Below the pieces are notes generated by a model. The model saw only the letters and a program-made list of their open reading frames with translations. It did no database searches and was not told where the DNA came from. Below, piece by piece: positions 1 to 10,099 of a stretch of DNA of 64,000 bases; the stretch's first letter is position 1; each line of letters opens with the position of its first letter. Source of the DNA: Clostridia bacterium (lineage in GTDB: Bacteria > Bacillota > Clostridia > TANB77 > CAG-508); assembly GCA_017613275.1 (NCBI GenBank), contig JAGAED010000002.1:10661-74660 (forward strand), given 5' to 3'. The translations under genes were made by a program, and so were the position numbers.

Positions 1-1530
<1,530 letters not shown>

Positions 1531-1533
1531 TAA

Positions 1534-1564
1534 ATTGCCAAAAGGGCTTTGCCCTTTTGGCAAT
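1534..1564 (+). terminator. Perfect 14-bp hairpin between dnaK and dnaJ (partial terminator or processing site)
   Basis: attgccaaaagggc-ttt-gcccttttggcaat. Only a short ttgt tail follows; the dnaJ RBS aaggag lies at 1569-1574. Confidence 0.45.
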
Positions 1565-1580
1565 TTGTAAGGAGAAAACA

Positions 1581-2744
1581 ATGGCAGGAAAGAAAGATTA
1601 TTATGAAATATTGGGTGTTAGTAAATCTGCAACAGATGATGAGCTAAAAAAAGCATATCGTAAACTTGCAAAAAAATATCACCCAGATGCTAATCCAGAT
1701 AATAAAGCAGAAGCGGAAGCAAAATTTAAAGAAGTAAATGAAGCTTATGAAGTGCTTTCTGATTCTCAAAAAAGAAAAATGTATGACCAATTTGGAACCG
1801 CAGATCCATCAGGCTTTGGCGGAGGGCAAGGACCATTTGGACAAGGTGGATATTATTCATATACAGGTGGTTCTGGATTCGATGGCTTTGGCGACTTTGG
1901 AGATTTAGGAGACATCTTTTCTTCATTCTTTGGTGGAGGATTTGGCAGCCGTTCAAGAAGACAAAGCAATGGTCCACGTAAAGGTTCAGACATAAATTTA
2001 CATATGGAAATAACATTTGAAGAAGCATTTTTAGGAGTAGAAAAAGAAGTATTAGTAACTAGAAATGAAGAATGTTCAACTTGCCATGGAACAGGCGCAA
2101 AACCAGGAACAAGTCCAATGAAATGTCCAGAATGTAATGGAACAGGTCAAGTTCGTCAAGTTCAAAATACAATATTAGGGCAAATGCAAACAACAAGAAC
2201 ATGTTCAGCATGCCATGGTACTGGAGAAATAATAAAAGAACCTTGCGAAACTTGTAAAGGTAAAGGAACAGTAAGAAAACAACCAAAAATAAAAGTTAAA
2301 ATTCCAGCAGGAATAGATGATGGTCAAACAGTAGTATTAAGAGGAGAAGGAGAGCCTGGCGTAAAAGGCGGACCAAAAGGAGATTTATACATTACTGTAA
2401 AAGTTAAAAAACATAGCATATTTACAAGAAAAGGAAACAATGTAATATGTGAAATACCTATTACAATGACACAAGCAGCCTTAGGTGCAGAACTTGAAAT
2501 TCCAATGGTTGACGGAAGCAAAGAAAAATATAAAATTGCAGAAGCAACACAAACAGGAAGCAAATTCACAATAAGAAACAAAGGCTTCAAATATGTAAAT
2601 TCAAATATGCAAGGTGATTTTGTATTTACAGTAGTAGTACAAACGCCTAAAAAATTGACAAAAGAACAAAGAGACTTATTAACACAATTAGCAAAAACAA
2701 TGAACGAACAACCGCCAATAAAGAAAAAGGGATTGTTTGGGTAA
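1581..2744 (+). CDS. dnaJ: Co-chaperone DnaJ
   Basis: J-domain (DYYEILGV...KYHPD), G/F-rich linker, four CxxCxGxG zinc-finger repeats ([32 protein letters not shown]). ATG 1581 preferred over ORF-track start 1557 because aaggag lies just upstream. Confidence 0.96.
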   Translation: MAGKKDYYEILGVSKSATDDELKKAYRKLAKKYHPDANPDNKAEAEAKFKEVNEAYEVLSDSQKRKMYDQFGTADPSGFGGGQGPFGQGGYYSYTGGSGFDGFGDFGDLGDIFSSFFGGGFGSRSRRQSNGPRKGSDINLHMEITFEEAFLGVEKEVLVTRNEECSTCHGTGAKPGTSPMKCPECNGTGQVRQVQNTILGQMQTTRTCSACHGTGEIIKEPCETCKGKGTVRKQPKIKVKIPAGIDDGQTVVLRGEGEPGVKGGPKGDLYITVKVKKHSIFTRKGNNVICEIPITMTQAALGAELEIPMVDGSKEKYKIAEATQTGSKFTIRNKGFKYVNSNMQGDFVFTVVVQTPKKLTKEQRDLLTQLAKTMNEQPPIKKKGLFG

Positions 2745-2748
2745 AATA

Positions 2749-2782
2749 AAAACTCTGTATTTAAGCAAAATACAGAGTTTTT
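2749..2782 (+). terminator. Intrinsic terminator after dnaJ
   Basis: aaaactctgtatt (2749-2761) pairs with aatacagagtttt (2769-2781), 7-nt loop, U-rich 3' side. Confidence 0.8.
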
Positions 2783-2812
2783 GCTTATTTGAAAAAAATT
2801 TTAAATAACTAC

Positions 2813-2841
2813 TTGACAGCGAACATAAATTCATATATAAT
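2813..2841 (+). promoter_or_regulatory. Sigma-A type promoter of the LysM gene
   Basis: TTGACA 2813-2818, 17-nt spacer, TATAAT 2836-2841. Confidence 0.65.
2820..2833. promoter_or_regulatory. LexA-box-like operator 1 (CGAACATAAATTCA), inside the promoter spacer
   Basis: Matches the Firmicute SOS box CGAAC-N4-GTTCG apart from A for G in the right half. Lies between the -35 and -10 elements. Confidence 0.5.
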
Positions 2842-2850
2842 ATAAATATA

Positions 2851-2864
2851 CGAACAAGAATTCA
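2851..2864. promoter_or_regulatory. LexA-box-like operator 2 (CGAACAAGAATTCA), just downstream of -10
   Basis: Near-identical copy of box 1 (CGAACA-N3-ATTCAT in both), 31 nt downstream, covering the predicted transcription start. Confidence 0.5.
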
Positions 2865-2897
2865 TAAAACAAATATTTCAAAAGGATGTGGTTATAT

Positions 2898-3203
2898 ATG
2901 AAAAAAATAAATGTAAAAAGAAGGACCAATATTAAGGCTATAATTGCTATAGTTCTAGCAATATTAGCAATAAATTTAATAACATCAGTAAATAAATCAT
3001 ATTCAAAAGTTGAGATAAGCTATAAGACAGAATATGTAAGTTGTGGAGATACATTGTGGTCAATTGCAAAGAGAGAAAGCAAAAACAACAAATATTATCA
3101 AGATAAAGATGTTAGAGAAATAATATACGATTTAAAGAAAATAAATAACTTATCAAATTCGGATTTAAGTGAAGGGCAAGAAATAAAGATACCAAAGATG
3201 TAA
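2898..3203 (+). CDS. Small membrane-anchored LysM protein, YneA-like candidate SOS cell-division inhibitor
   Basis: N-terminal basic stretch plus TM helix (AIIAIVLAILAINLI), C-terminal LysM (YVSCGDTLWSIAKRE...LSEGQEIKIP). Size and architecture resemble B. subtilis YneA. ATG 2898 is preferred (aaagga 11 nt upstream); the ORF track starts at 2886. Confidence 0.6.
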   Translation: MKKINVKRRTNIKAIIAIVLAILAINLITSVNKSYSKVEISYKTEYVSCGDTLWSIAKRESKNNKYYQDKDVREIIYDLKKINNLSNSDLSEGQEIKIPKM

Positions 3204-3256
3204 ATAAAAAAAATAGTTTTAGGTTAAACTAATCAAAAAGAAAAGGCGGAAAGAAA

Positions 3257-4255
3257 ATGTTTAAACCTAAAACTATTTTTTATGAAAAAGAAATTATAAA
3301 TTATGAGCTTGGAAAAGAATTAATGGAAAAATACAAAGCAATTCCTAAAATAGAAATTGAAAATCACAACAACATAGAAGAGTTAAGAAAAAGCGAGAAC
3401 AAGGAGTTTTTAAATCTAAAAAACAATCTAATAATTGGAGTTAGAAAAACACATAACTTTGTGGAAAACCACAAAGTTTCAGATTATTTAGTTCCATATA
3501 CTTCTTCTGGTTGTAGTGCTGCATGCATGTATTGCTATTTGGTTTGTAATTACAACAAATGTAGCTATTTAAGGCTATTTGTAAATAGAGAGCACATGCT
3601 AGATAAAATCATAAAAACGGCAGAAAAGTCAGAAAGAAATTTAACTTTCGAAATTGGTAGCAATAGTGATTTAATACTAGAAAATACGATAACAGGAAAT
3701 TTGCCATGGACAATAGAAAACTTTAAAAATACATCAAAAGGAATGCTTACATTTCCAACAAAATTTGACATGGTAGATGACATTTTAAATGTAGACCATA
3801 AAGGAAAAGTAATTGCAAGAATGAGTGTAAATCCAGATGAAATAATAAAACAGGTAGAGTTTGGGACTTCAAGGTTAAAAGGTAGGATAGAGGCAATAAA
3901 TAAATTAAAAGAAGCGGGGTATAAAGTAGGAATTCTAATTGCACCAGTAATAATGGTAGATAACTGGAAAGAACTCTATTTAGAACTAATTAAGCAGTTG
4001 GAAAGATGTTTAAGCCCACAAGTAAAAAAAGAAGTATTTTTTGAAGTAATTTTTATGACATATAGCTATGTTCACACAAAAATAAATGAGGAGGCATTCC
4101 CAAATGCAATAAATCTATACAGCAAAGACCAAATGACAGGGCGTGGTAGAGGAAAATACATGTATAGAAATGAATTAAGAAAAGATGGCGAAGCCTTTAT
4201 GCGTGAACAACTTGGCAAATATTTTTCTAATAATAAAATCTTATATGTAGTGTGA
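3257..4255 (+). CDS. splB: Spore photoproduct lyase family radical SAM enzyme
   Basis: 332 aa. CxxxCxxC radical-SAM cluster motif in SSGCSAACMYCYL. Length and N-terminal layout are typical of SplB. RBS aaaaggcgg upstream. Confidence 0.7.
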   Translation: MFKPKTIFYEKEIINYELGKELMEKYKAIPKIEIENHNNIEELRKSENKEFLNLKNNLIIGVRKTHNFVENHKVSDYLVPYTSSGCSAACMYCYLVCNYNKCSYLRLFVNREHMLDKIIKTAEKSERNLTFEIGSNSDLILENTITGNLPWTIENFKNTSKGMLTFPTKFDMVDDILNVDHKGKVIARMSVNPDEIIKQVEFGTSRLKGRIEAINKLKEAGYKVGILIAPVIMVDNWKELYLELIKQLERCLSPQVKKEVFFEVIFMTYSYVHTKINEEAFPNAINLYSKDQMTGRGRGKYMYRNELRKDGEAFMREQLGKYFSNNKILYVV

Positions 4256-4271
4256 TTTTTGCATTATAATG

Positions 4272-4300
4272 TTGACAAATAAACTAGATTAACATATAAT
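4272..4300 (+). promoter_or_regulatory. Sigma-A type promoter of the cysS leader
   Basis: TTGACA 4272-4277, 17-nt spacer, TATAAT 4295-4300. Begins 17 nt after the splB stop. Confidence 0.7.
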
Positions 4301-4328
4301 ATTACTAAATAAAAAAGGAGAAAACAAA

Positions 4329-4370
4329 ATGAAAAATAAAAATATAATCTTTAATTGTTGTTGTAGATAA
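4329..4370 (+). CDS. 13-codon leader peptide MKNKNIIFNCCCR with three consecutive Cys codons
   Basis: AAGGAG at 4315-4320, 8 nt before ATG 4329. TGT TGT TGT at 4356-4364, then AGA TAA. Lies between the promoter and a terminator upstream of cysS. Confidence 0.6.
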   Translation: MKNKNIIFNCCCR

Positions 4371-4449
4371 AATGCTCTATCTATTGTAGATAAGAGTATT
4401 AGTTAGTGTACCCCTACAATAGAGATTATATTTATAAATAAAGTATAAG

Positions 4450-4478
4450 AACTATGTGGGGAAAACACATAGTTTTTT
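4450..4478 (+). terminator. Leader terminator (attenuator) in front of cysS
   Basis: aactatgtg (4450-4458) / cacatagtt (4466-4474), loop gggaaaa; the right arm ends in tt and four further T follow (T run 4473-4478). The cysS RBS aggagg follows at 4485-4490. Confidence 0.75.
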
Positions 4479-4498
4479 GAATATTAGGAGGTATTATT

Positions 4499-5968
4499 AT
4501 GAAAATTCATAATTCAATAACAGGAAAAAAAGAAGAATTTATACCAATAGATGGAAAAAATGTTAGAATGTACGCATGTGGTGTTACAGTTTACGATTTA
4601 AGCCACATAGGTCATGCAAGACAAGCGATTGTATATGCAATGATGGCAGATTATTTAAGATATAGAGGATATAATGTAAAATATGTCAGAAACTATACAG
4701 ATGTAGATGACAAAATTATAAAAAGAGCAAATGAACGTGGAAAAGACGCGCTAGAATTTTCAAAAGAACAAATAGAAGAATCAGAAAAAGATATGGCTGC
4801 TTTACATGTAACAGAAGCAGATGAGAAGCCAAAAGCATCTGAATACATAGGCAAAATAATAGAATTTGTTCAAGGCCTAATAGAAAAAGGATATGCATAC
4901 CCAGCACCAAATGGAGATGTATATTATAGAGTTAGAAAATTCAATGGTTATGGAAAATTGTCACATAGAAATGTTGATGAATTATTAAATGGAGTTCGTA
5001 AAGAGCTAGAAGAAGGAAAAGAAGATCCATTAGATTTTGCACTTTGGAAATCAGCAAAACCGGGAGAAATATCTTGGGATTCACCATGGGGAAAAGGTAG
5101 ACCAGGTTGGCATATCGAATGTTCTGTTATGGCAAAAGATACATTGGGCGAATCAATAGATATCCATGGTGGTGGAAGAGATTTGGTATTCCCACATCAT
5201 GAAAATGAAATTGCACAAAGTGAAGCCTTAACAGGAAAGCCATTTGCAAAATATTGGTCACATTGTGGTTTGATAAAAATAAATGGCGAAAAAATGAGTA
5301 AATCTTTAGGAAATTCTATAACAATTAGAGATGCTCTAGAAATGTATAATTATGAAGTCTTAAAATATGTATTTTTTGAAAAACACTATGCTTCAGATGT
5401 GGATATTTACGATAAAGATTACAAACAAGCTGAAAATCATATGTATTATTTTTACAATTCAATCAAAAACATGGAAAATTACGTAAAAGAAAATAATGGG
5501 GATAAAGATGGGCAAAAAGTTGAAGATGACATATCAGCTTCAATAAAAGAAAAATTCATTGAAGTAATGGATGATGATTTCAACACATCAGCTGCAATAG
5601 CTCAATTACATGTAATATTTAAATATGTAAATAACCTAATGAAAACAGCAAAAAAAGCAAATAAAATACTTGCAGCAAACACAATTGCAAACATATTAGC
5701 TGAAGTAAAAGAAGTTTATGGAGTTCTAGGATTTTTCAAACAAGAGCCAGATGAATTTATAAACAATATGCAAGAGAAATATTTAAAAGAGTTAAATATA
5801 GAAAAACAATACATAATTGATGAAATAGGTAAAAGAAAAGAAGCAAAACAAAATAAAGATTATCAATTAGCAGATGAAATAAGAAGCAATCTAGATGAAA
5901 AAGGAATTATTTTAAATGATACACCAGAAGGAACAACATGGGATATAAAATCACTATATCAAATTTAA
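4499..5968 (+). CDS. cysS: Cysteine--tRNA ligase
   Basis: Class I aaRS motifs HIGHAR and KMSKSLGN; 489 aa; strong RBS. Confidence 0.96.
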   Translation: MKIHNSITGKKEEFIPIDGKNVRMYACGVTVYDLSHIGHARQAIVYAMMADYLRYRGYNVKYVRNYTDVDDKIIKRANERGKDALEFSKEQIEESEKDMAALHVTEADEKPKASEYIGKIIEFVQGLIEKGYAYPAPNGDVYYRVRKFNGYGKLSHRNVDELLNGVRKELEEGKEDPLDFALWKSAKPGEISWDSPWGKGRPGWHIECSVMAKDTLGESIDIHGGGRDLVFPHHENEIAQSEALTGKPFAKYWSHCGLIKINGEKMSKSLGNSITIRDALEMYNYEVLKYVFFEKHYASDVDIYDKDYKQAENHMYYFYNSIKNMENYVKENNGDKDGQKVEDDISASIKEKFIEVMDDDFNTSAAIAQLHVIFKYVNNLMKTAKKANKILAANTIANILAEVKEVYGVLGFFKQEPDEFINNMQEKYLKELNIEKQYIIDEIGKRKEAKQNKDYQLADEIRSNLDEKGIILNDTPEGTTWDIKSLYQI

Positions 5969-5974
5969 AATGGA

Positions 5975-6018
5975 AAAAAATGAAATATAATAATTTTAAT
6001 TATTATATTTCATTTTTT
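5975..6018 (+). terminator. Long AT-rich hairpin terminator after cysS
   Basis: aaaaaatgaaatataataatt ... aattattatatttcatttttt, a near-perfect palindrome followed by a T-run. Confidence 0.7.
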
Positions 6019-6058
6019 AATTAAATATGATAAAATATGCAAAAAGGAAACGAGAAAT

Positions 6059-6934
6059 ATGGTAAAAAGAATAATATTAGAAATAATTTTAATTGTAATA
6101 ACTGTACTTGTAGTTATATGTGGTTACTTTTTAATATTAGACATTGAAAGCAATGTACCACAGGAATTGCGAGACAAAGTAGAAATTGATACAAAAGAAT
6201 TTATGGAAAGAAAGGTTTTTGAAATATCACCAAAAAATAAAGAAGATAAAAGCAATAAAACAATTCTTTATTTCCATGGGGGAGCATATGTGGCAGAGGC
6301 AACTGATGAACATTGGAATTTCTTAGCAAAATTAGTAAATGATACAAAGGCAACAGTAATAATGCCAGATTACCCATTAACACCAAAATACACATACAAA
6401 GATGTTTTAAAAATGATAGAACCTGTTTATAAAGAGACACTTGCAAAAGTTGGTGCAAAAAACCTAATAGTAATGGGAGATTCAGCAGGTGGAGGAATGG
6501 CGCTTGGTTTATTAGAAAAACTAAGCCAAAGCAATGTTGAAATGCCAGCAAAAACAATACTAATTTCACCATGGCTAGATACAACAATGTCAAATTCAAA
6601 AATCGACGAAGTTCAAAAAAATGATAAAGACTTAAACAAAGAAAAACTATATTTAGCAGGAACTTCATATTCAAGAGATTTAAAACAAGAAGAAGAATAT
6701 TTTGTGAATCCAATAAATGGTAAATTTTCTAAATTAAAGAATCTAGTAATTTACACAGGAACTTATGATATATTAAATCCTGATTGCCATTTATTAAAAG
6801 AAAAGGCAGAAAAAGAGGGAGTTGACATTACAATAAAAGAATATGAAACAGCTCCACATATTTGGATAGTAAATAATGAAGACGAGTTGGCCATTTCGGC
6901 TTACAATGATTTGATTTCATCTTTATTAAATTAA
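6059..6934 (+). CDS. Membrane-anchored alpha/beta hydrolase (esterase/lipase, HSL-like family)
   Basis: N-terminal TM helix, oxyanion-hole motif HGGAY and nucleophile elbow GDSAGG. Confidence 0.8.
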   Translation: MVKRIILEIILIVITVLVVICGYFLILDIESNVPQELRDKVEIDTKEFMERKVFEISPKNKEDKSNKTILYFHGGAYVAEATDEHWNFLAKLVNDTKATVIMPDYPLTPKYTYKDVLKMIEPVYKETLAKVGAKNLIVMGDSAGGGMALGLLEKLSQSNVEMPAKTILISPWLDTTMSNSKIDEVQKNDKDLNKEKLYLAGTSYSRDLKQEEEYFVNPINGKFSKLKNLVIYTGTYDILNPDCHLLKEKAEKEGVDITIKEYETAPHIWIVNNEDELAISAYNDLISSLLN

Positions 6935-6944
6935 AACTAATTAT

Positions 6945-7104
6945 GAATTTATATTATTTTTTATGCCTTGTCGTCGCAACTTCCGTTGTTGTACAGAAAA
7001 ATTGTTATACAATTTTTCGCACAACTAGTCTGTCAGTTGCTCCAGGTCGCACTCGCCAAAGGCTCGTTTGGCGCTTTCGCGGCATTTAAAAATAATATAA
7101 ATTT
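6945..7104. repeat. GC-rich about 113-bp insert (6968-7080) enclosed by a locus-specific AT-rich inverted repeat; copy 1 of a two-member repeat family
   Basis: Arms gaatttatattattttttatgcc (6945-6967) and ggcatttaaaaataatataaattt (7081-7104) are complementary. The core shares blocks with 40158-40250 (21/26 identical in ccttgtcgtcgcaacttccgttgttg). Nested hairpins gcaact/agttgc, gttgt/acaac, gaaaaattg/caatttttc. Confidence 0.7.
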
Positions 7105-7134
7105 ACATAGTAAAATGAATAGGAGTAATATAAA

Positions 7135-8160
7135 ATGAAAAATATAAAAGATTATAATTTAGATGCTTTAAAAGCAGAAATGGCTGAGCTTGGCGAAAAG
7201 CCATTTAGGGCAGAGCAAATTTTTAAATGGTTATATCAAGACAAAGTAGAGTCATTTGACGAAATGCTAAATCTATCTTTAGAACTAAGAGAAAAATTAA
7301 AACAAAACTACACAATATGCAATTTTGAAATAATAAGAAAACAAGAATCATCAGATGGAACAATAAAATACTTATTTGACGTGCTAGATGGAAATGCAAT
7401 AGAAACAGTTTTAATGAGTTATCATCATGGGTATAGCGTTTGTGTTTCAACACAAATAGGATGCAAAATGGGATGCAAATTTTGTGCTTCAACAGGTATA
7501 AAATTTATTAGAAGTTTAACTTCTGGAGAAATTGTTGAGCAAATTATAAAAATAGAACAAGATACAGGAGTAAGAGTATCAAATGTAGTATTTATGGGGA
7601 TTGGAGAACCATTGGATAATTATGAAAATGTTGTAAATGCTATAAGAATATTAAATAATCCTAAAGGAATAAATATTGGTGCAAGACATATAAGCGTTTC
7701 TACAAGTGGTTTAGTTCCAATGATTTATAAATTAGCAGAAGAAAACATTCAATGTACACTTTCAATCTCACTTCATGCAACAACAGACGAAAAGCGTAGT
7801 TCAATGATGCCAGTAAACAAGCTATACAATATAGAACAATTATTGCAAGCATGTAAAGACTATATAAAAGTTACAAATAGAAGAGTTTCTTTTGAATATG
7901 CTTTAGCAAAAGATAACAATGATAATTTAGAAGATGCTGCAAGGCTTGTAAAACTTTTAAAGGGAATGAATTGTCATGTAAATTTAATTCCAATTAACAA
8001 AATAGAAAATGGTAAATTTGATAAAAGTACAAATGAAAATATAATGAAATTTAGGGATTACCTAAATGACCATGGAATTGTTGCAACAATTAGACGTGAA
8101 CTTGGTTCAGATATTGATGCAGCATGTGGTCAATTACGTAGAAAAAACTTAAAAGATTAA
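7135..8160 (+). CDS. rlmN: 23S rRNA/tRNA adenine-C2 methyltransferase RlmN (radical SAM)
   Basis: GCKMGCKFCAST CxxxCxxC motif. N-terminal FRAEQIFKWLY motif typical of RlmN/Cfr family; 341 aa. Confidence 0.92.
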   Translation: MKNIKDYNLDALKAEMAELGEKPFRAEQIFKWLYQDKVESFDEMLNLSLELREKLKQNYTICNFEIIRKQESSDGTIKYLFDVLDGNAIETVLMSYHHGYSVCVSTQIGCKMGCKFCASTGIKFIRSLTSGEIVEQIIKIEQDTGVRVSNVVFMGIGEPLDNYENVVNAIRILNNPKGINIGARHISVSTSGLVPMIYKLAEENIQCTLSISLHATTDEKRSSMMPVNKLYNIEQLLQACKDYIKVTNRRVSFEYALAKDNNDNLEDAARLVKLLKGMNCHVNLIPINKIENGKFDKSTNENIMKFRDYLNDHGIVATIRRELGSDIDAACGQLRRKNLKD

Positions 8161-8179
8161 AAATTAAAAGGTGAAAAAA

Positions 8180-9475
8180 ATGAAAAAAGAAAGTAGATTA
8201 TATTGGAGAAGATTAGATAATTCTGCTAAAATTTTTCCAATTCAAGCTGGGAAAAAATATAGTACAGTATTTAGATTTTCTGCTGTATTGAAAGAAGAAA
8301 TAGATCCTGAAAGCTTGAAACAAGCTGTAATTCTAGCTTTAAGAAAATACAAATCATTTAGAGTTAGAATGAAACAAGGTGTATTTTGGAACTATTTCGA
8401 ACATAACCCAAAAGAACCAATAATAGAAGAAGAAAAGGATTATCCTTGTAAATATATAGATTACAAAAGAAATAATAATTATCTATTCAAAGTAACATAT
8501 TTTGATCAAAAAATAAACATAGATATATTCCATTCATTAACAGATGGAAACAATGGAAATTTGTTTTTTAGAGAAATAATATATTCATACATAGAATTAA
8601 CTCATCCAAAAGAATTTGAAGATGAGTTAAGAACAACAAGGAAAGTTGAATATACCACAGAAGATGGTTATATGCAGAATTATGATAAGCAAGCTAAATC
8701 GAATAATTCTTCTAAGAAAGCTTATGTTTTAAAAGGGGATAAAATTAATCTTGGTGCTGTATCTGCAATACATGAAATTATAGATACAAACGAATTAAAG
8801 GCTATATGCAAATTAAATGACTGCACAGTAACACAATATTTAACAGCTGTTTTAATATATTCAATTTATGAAGAAAACTACAAGAAAAATAATGGGGAAA
8901 AGCCAATTAAAGTTTGTATTCCGGTCAATTTAAAAAAATATTTTCCAAATTCTAAAACAATTTCAAACTTCTTTACATATATCACATTAGAAGCGGAGAT
9001 GAAGAAGGACAATTTAAATACTTTTGAAAAAATATTAGAGTTTGTAAAAAAAGACTTCAAAAAGAGATTAACAGAAGAAGAAATAATAAAAACAATGTCT
9101 GGAAATGTAAAACTTGGAAACAATCCATTTATAAAAGTTGTACCACTTTTCTTAAAAAAGGCATTAGTTAGATTAAGTTATATAGAAATTAGAAAATATA
9201 CAACAATAACATTTTCAAATGTGGGAAGAATAGGTATAATAGGTAAATATAAGCCATATATAGAAAGCTTTTTAATGCTTATTGCGCCTGAACCTGTTGA
9301 AAAAATAAAATGCTCATCATGTACATTTGAAGATAAAATGGTATTTACATTTACATCAATTTTAAATGATAATAAAATAGAAAAAAGATTTTACGAGTTT
9401 TTAACAGGACAAGGAATAAAGGTAGAAATAGAAAGTAATGGGGTTTTAGATGATGTTATATCCACAAAAAATTAA
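8180..9475 (+). CDS. Condensation-domain-like / alcohol acetyltransferase-like acyltransferase (HxxxD)
   Basis: Catalytic-type motif HSLTDGNNG (HxxxDG); about 430 aa. ATG 8180 is preferred to GTG 8171, which lies inside the aaaggtg RBS. Confidence 0.6.
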   Translation: MKKESRLYWRRLDNSAKIFPIQAGKKYSTVFRFSAVLKEEIDPESLKQAVILALRKYKSFRVRMKQGVFWNYFEHNPKEPIIEEEKDYPCKYIDYKRNNNYLFKVTYFDQKINIDIFHSLTDGNNGNLFFREIIYSYIELTHPKEFEDELRTTRKVEYTTEDGYMQNYDKQAKSNNSSKKAYVLKGDKINLGAVSAIHEIIDTNELKAICKLNDCTVTQYLTAVLIYSIYEENYKKNNGEKPIKVCIPVNLKKYFPNSKTISNFFTYITLEAEMKKDNLNTFEKILEFVKKDFKKRLTEEEIIKTMSGNVKLGNNPFIKVVPLFLKKALVRLSYIEIRKYTTITFSNVGRIGIIGKYKPYIESFLMLIAPEPVEKIKCSSCTFEDKMVFTFTSILNDNKIEKRFYEFLTGQGIKVEIESNGVLDDVISTKN

Positions 9476-10016
9476 CGCAAGAAAAACAAATTTTATAATA
9501 AAAATGGCAATACTAATATCATTTGCTGTAGGAGTTGGTTTAGTCTTAATAAATCAATTTACAACACCAGATATTAAGTGGGCAGGATATTGTAATGCAG
9601 GAATTGTATATGTTTGGATAACCGTTTTGTATGCATTAAACAAAAATGTAAATATCGCAAGCCATTTGTTTATTCAAATGGTTGCATTATCTGCATTATG
9701 TGTATACTTTGATATACGATTAGGATTTCAAGCGTGGTCAATAAACCTTGCAATACCAATGATTGTAATAGTTATAAATGTTACAATGATGATACTTTCA
9801 ATTGCAAGTTATAAAAACTACATGAGATACGCATTTTTTCAACTTTTAATAGTTTTAGCAAGCTTGGTGCCAATATTCTTAGTATATGAACATTTGGTAA
9901 ATGATAAGACATTAAGCATAGTAGCATCAGGAATTTCAGGATTCAACCTATTGATGAGCTTAATATTTCATTTTAAAGATATAAAAGAAGAAGTAATAAG
10001 AAAGTTTCATATCTAA
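9450..10016 (+). CDS. Polytopic membrane protein of unknown function, translationally coupled to the acyltransferase
   Basis: Five to six hydrophobic helices. Start overlaps the upstream gene by 26 nt. Confidence 0.65.
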   Translation: MMLYPQKINARKTNFIIKMAILISFAVGVGLVLINQFTTPDIKWAGYCNAGIVYVWITVLYALNKNVNIASHLFIQMVALSALCVYFDIRLGFQAWSINLAIPMIVIVINVTMMILSIASYKNYMRYAFFQLLIVLASLVPIFLVYEHLVNDKTLSIVASGISGFNLLMSLIFHFKDIKEEVIRKFHI

Positions 10017-10042
10017 TAAATTATTAGATATGAAATTTTTTT
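10005..10042 (+). terminator. Intrinsic terminator overlapping the stop codon of 9450..10016
   Basis: tttcatatctaat (10005-10017) / attagatatgaaa (10023-10035) followed by seven T. Confidence 0.8.
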
Positions 10043-10099
10043 GACATTTTAAAAAATTATATATATAATAAAACCGAAAATAAAAAAAGGAGGGTAAAT

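Noticed and set aside
4305-4498. T-box riboswitch upstream of cysS
   Set aside because: The leader contains attag...gtgtacccc, which loosely recalls the T-box AAUUAGGGUGGUACCGCG. However, the UGG that must pair with the tRNA CCA end is absent. The segment is not positioned as the 5' half of an antiterminator in the usual way. No GA/K-turn or AGAGA-type Stem I elements were seen. The leader is only about 170 nt and is occupied by a well-signalled mini-ORF. A covariance-model scan is still needed.
6968-7080. Hammerhead-like ribozyme core in the GC-rich insert (reverse strand ctgacaga...cgaaaaa)
   Set aside because: It only partly matches CUGAUGA...GAAA, and the motif is not conserved in the second copy at 40158-40250.
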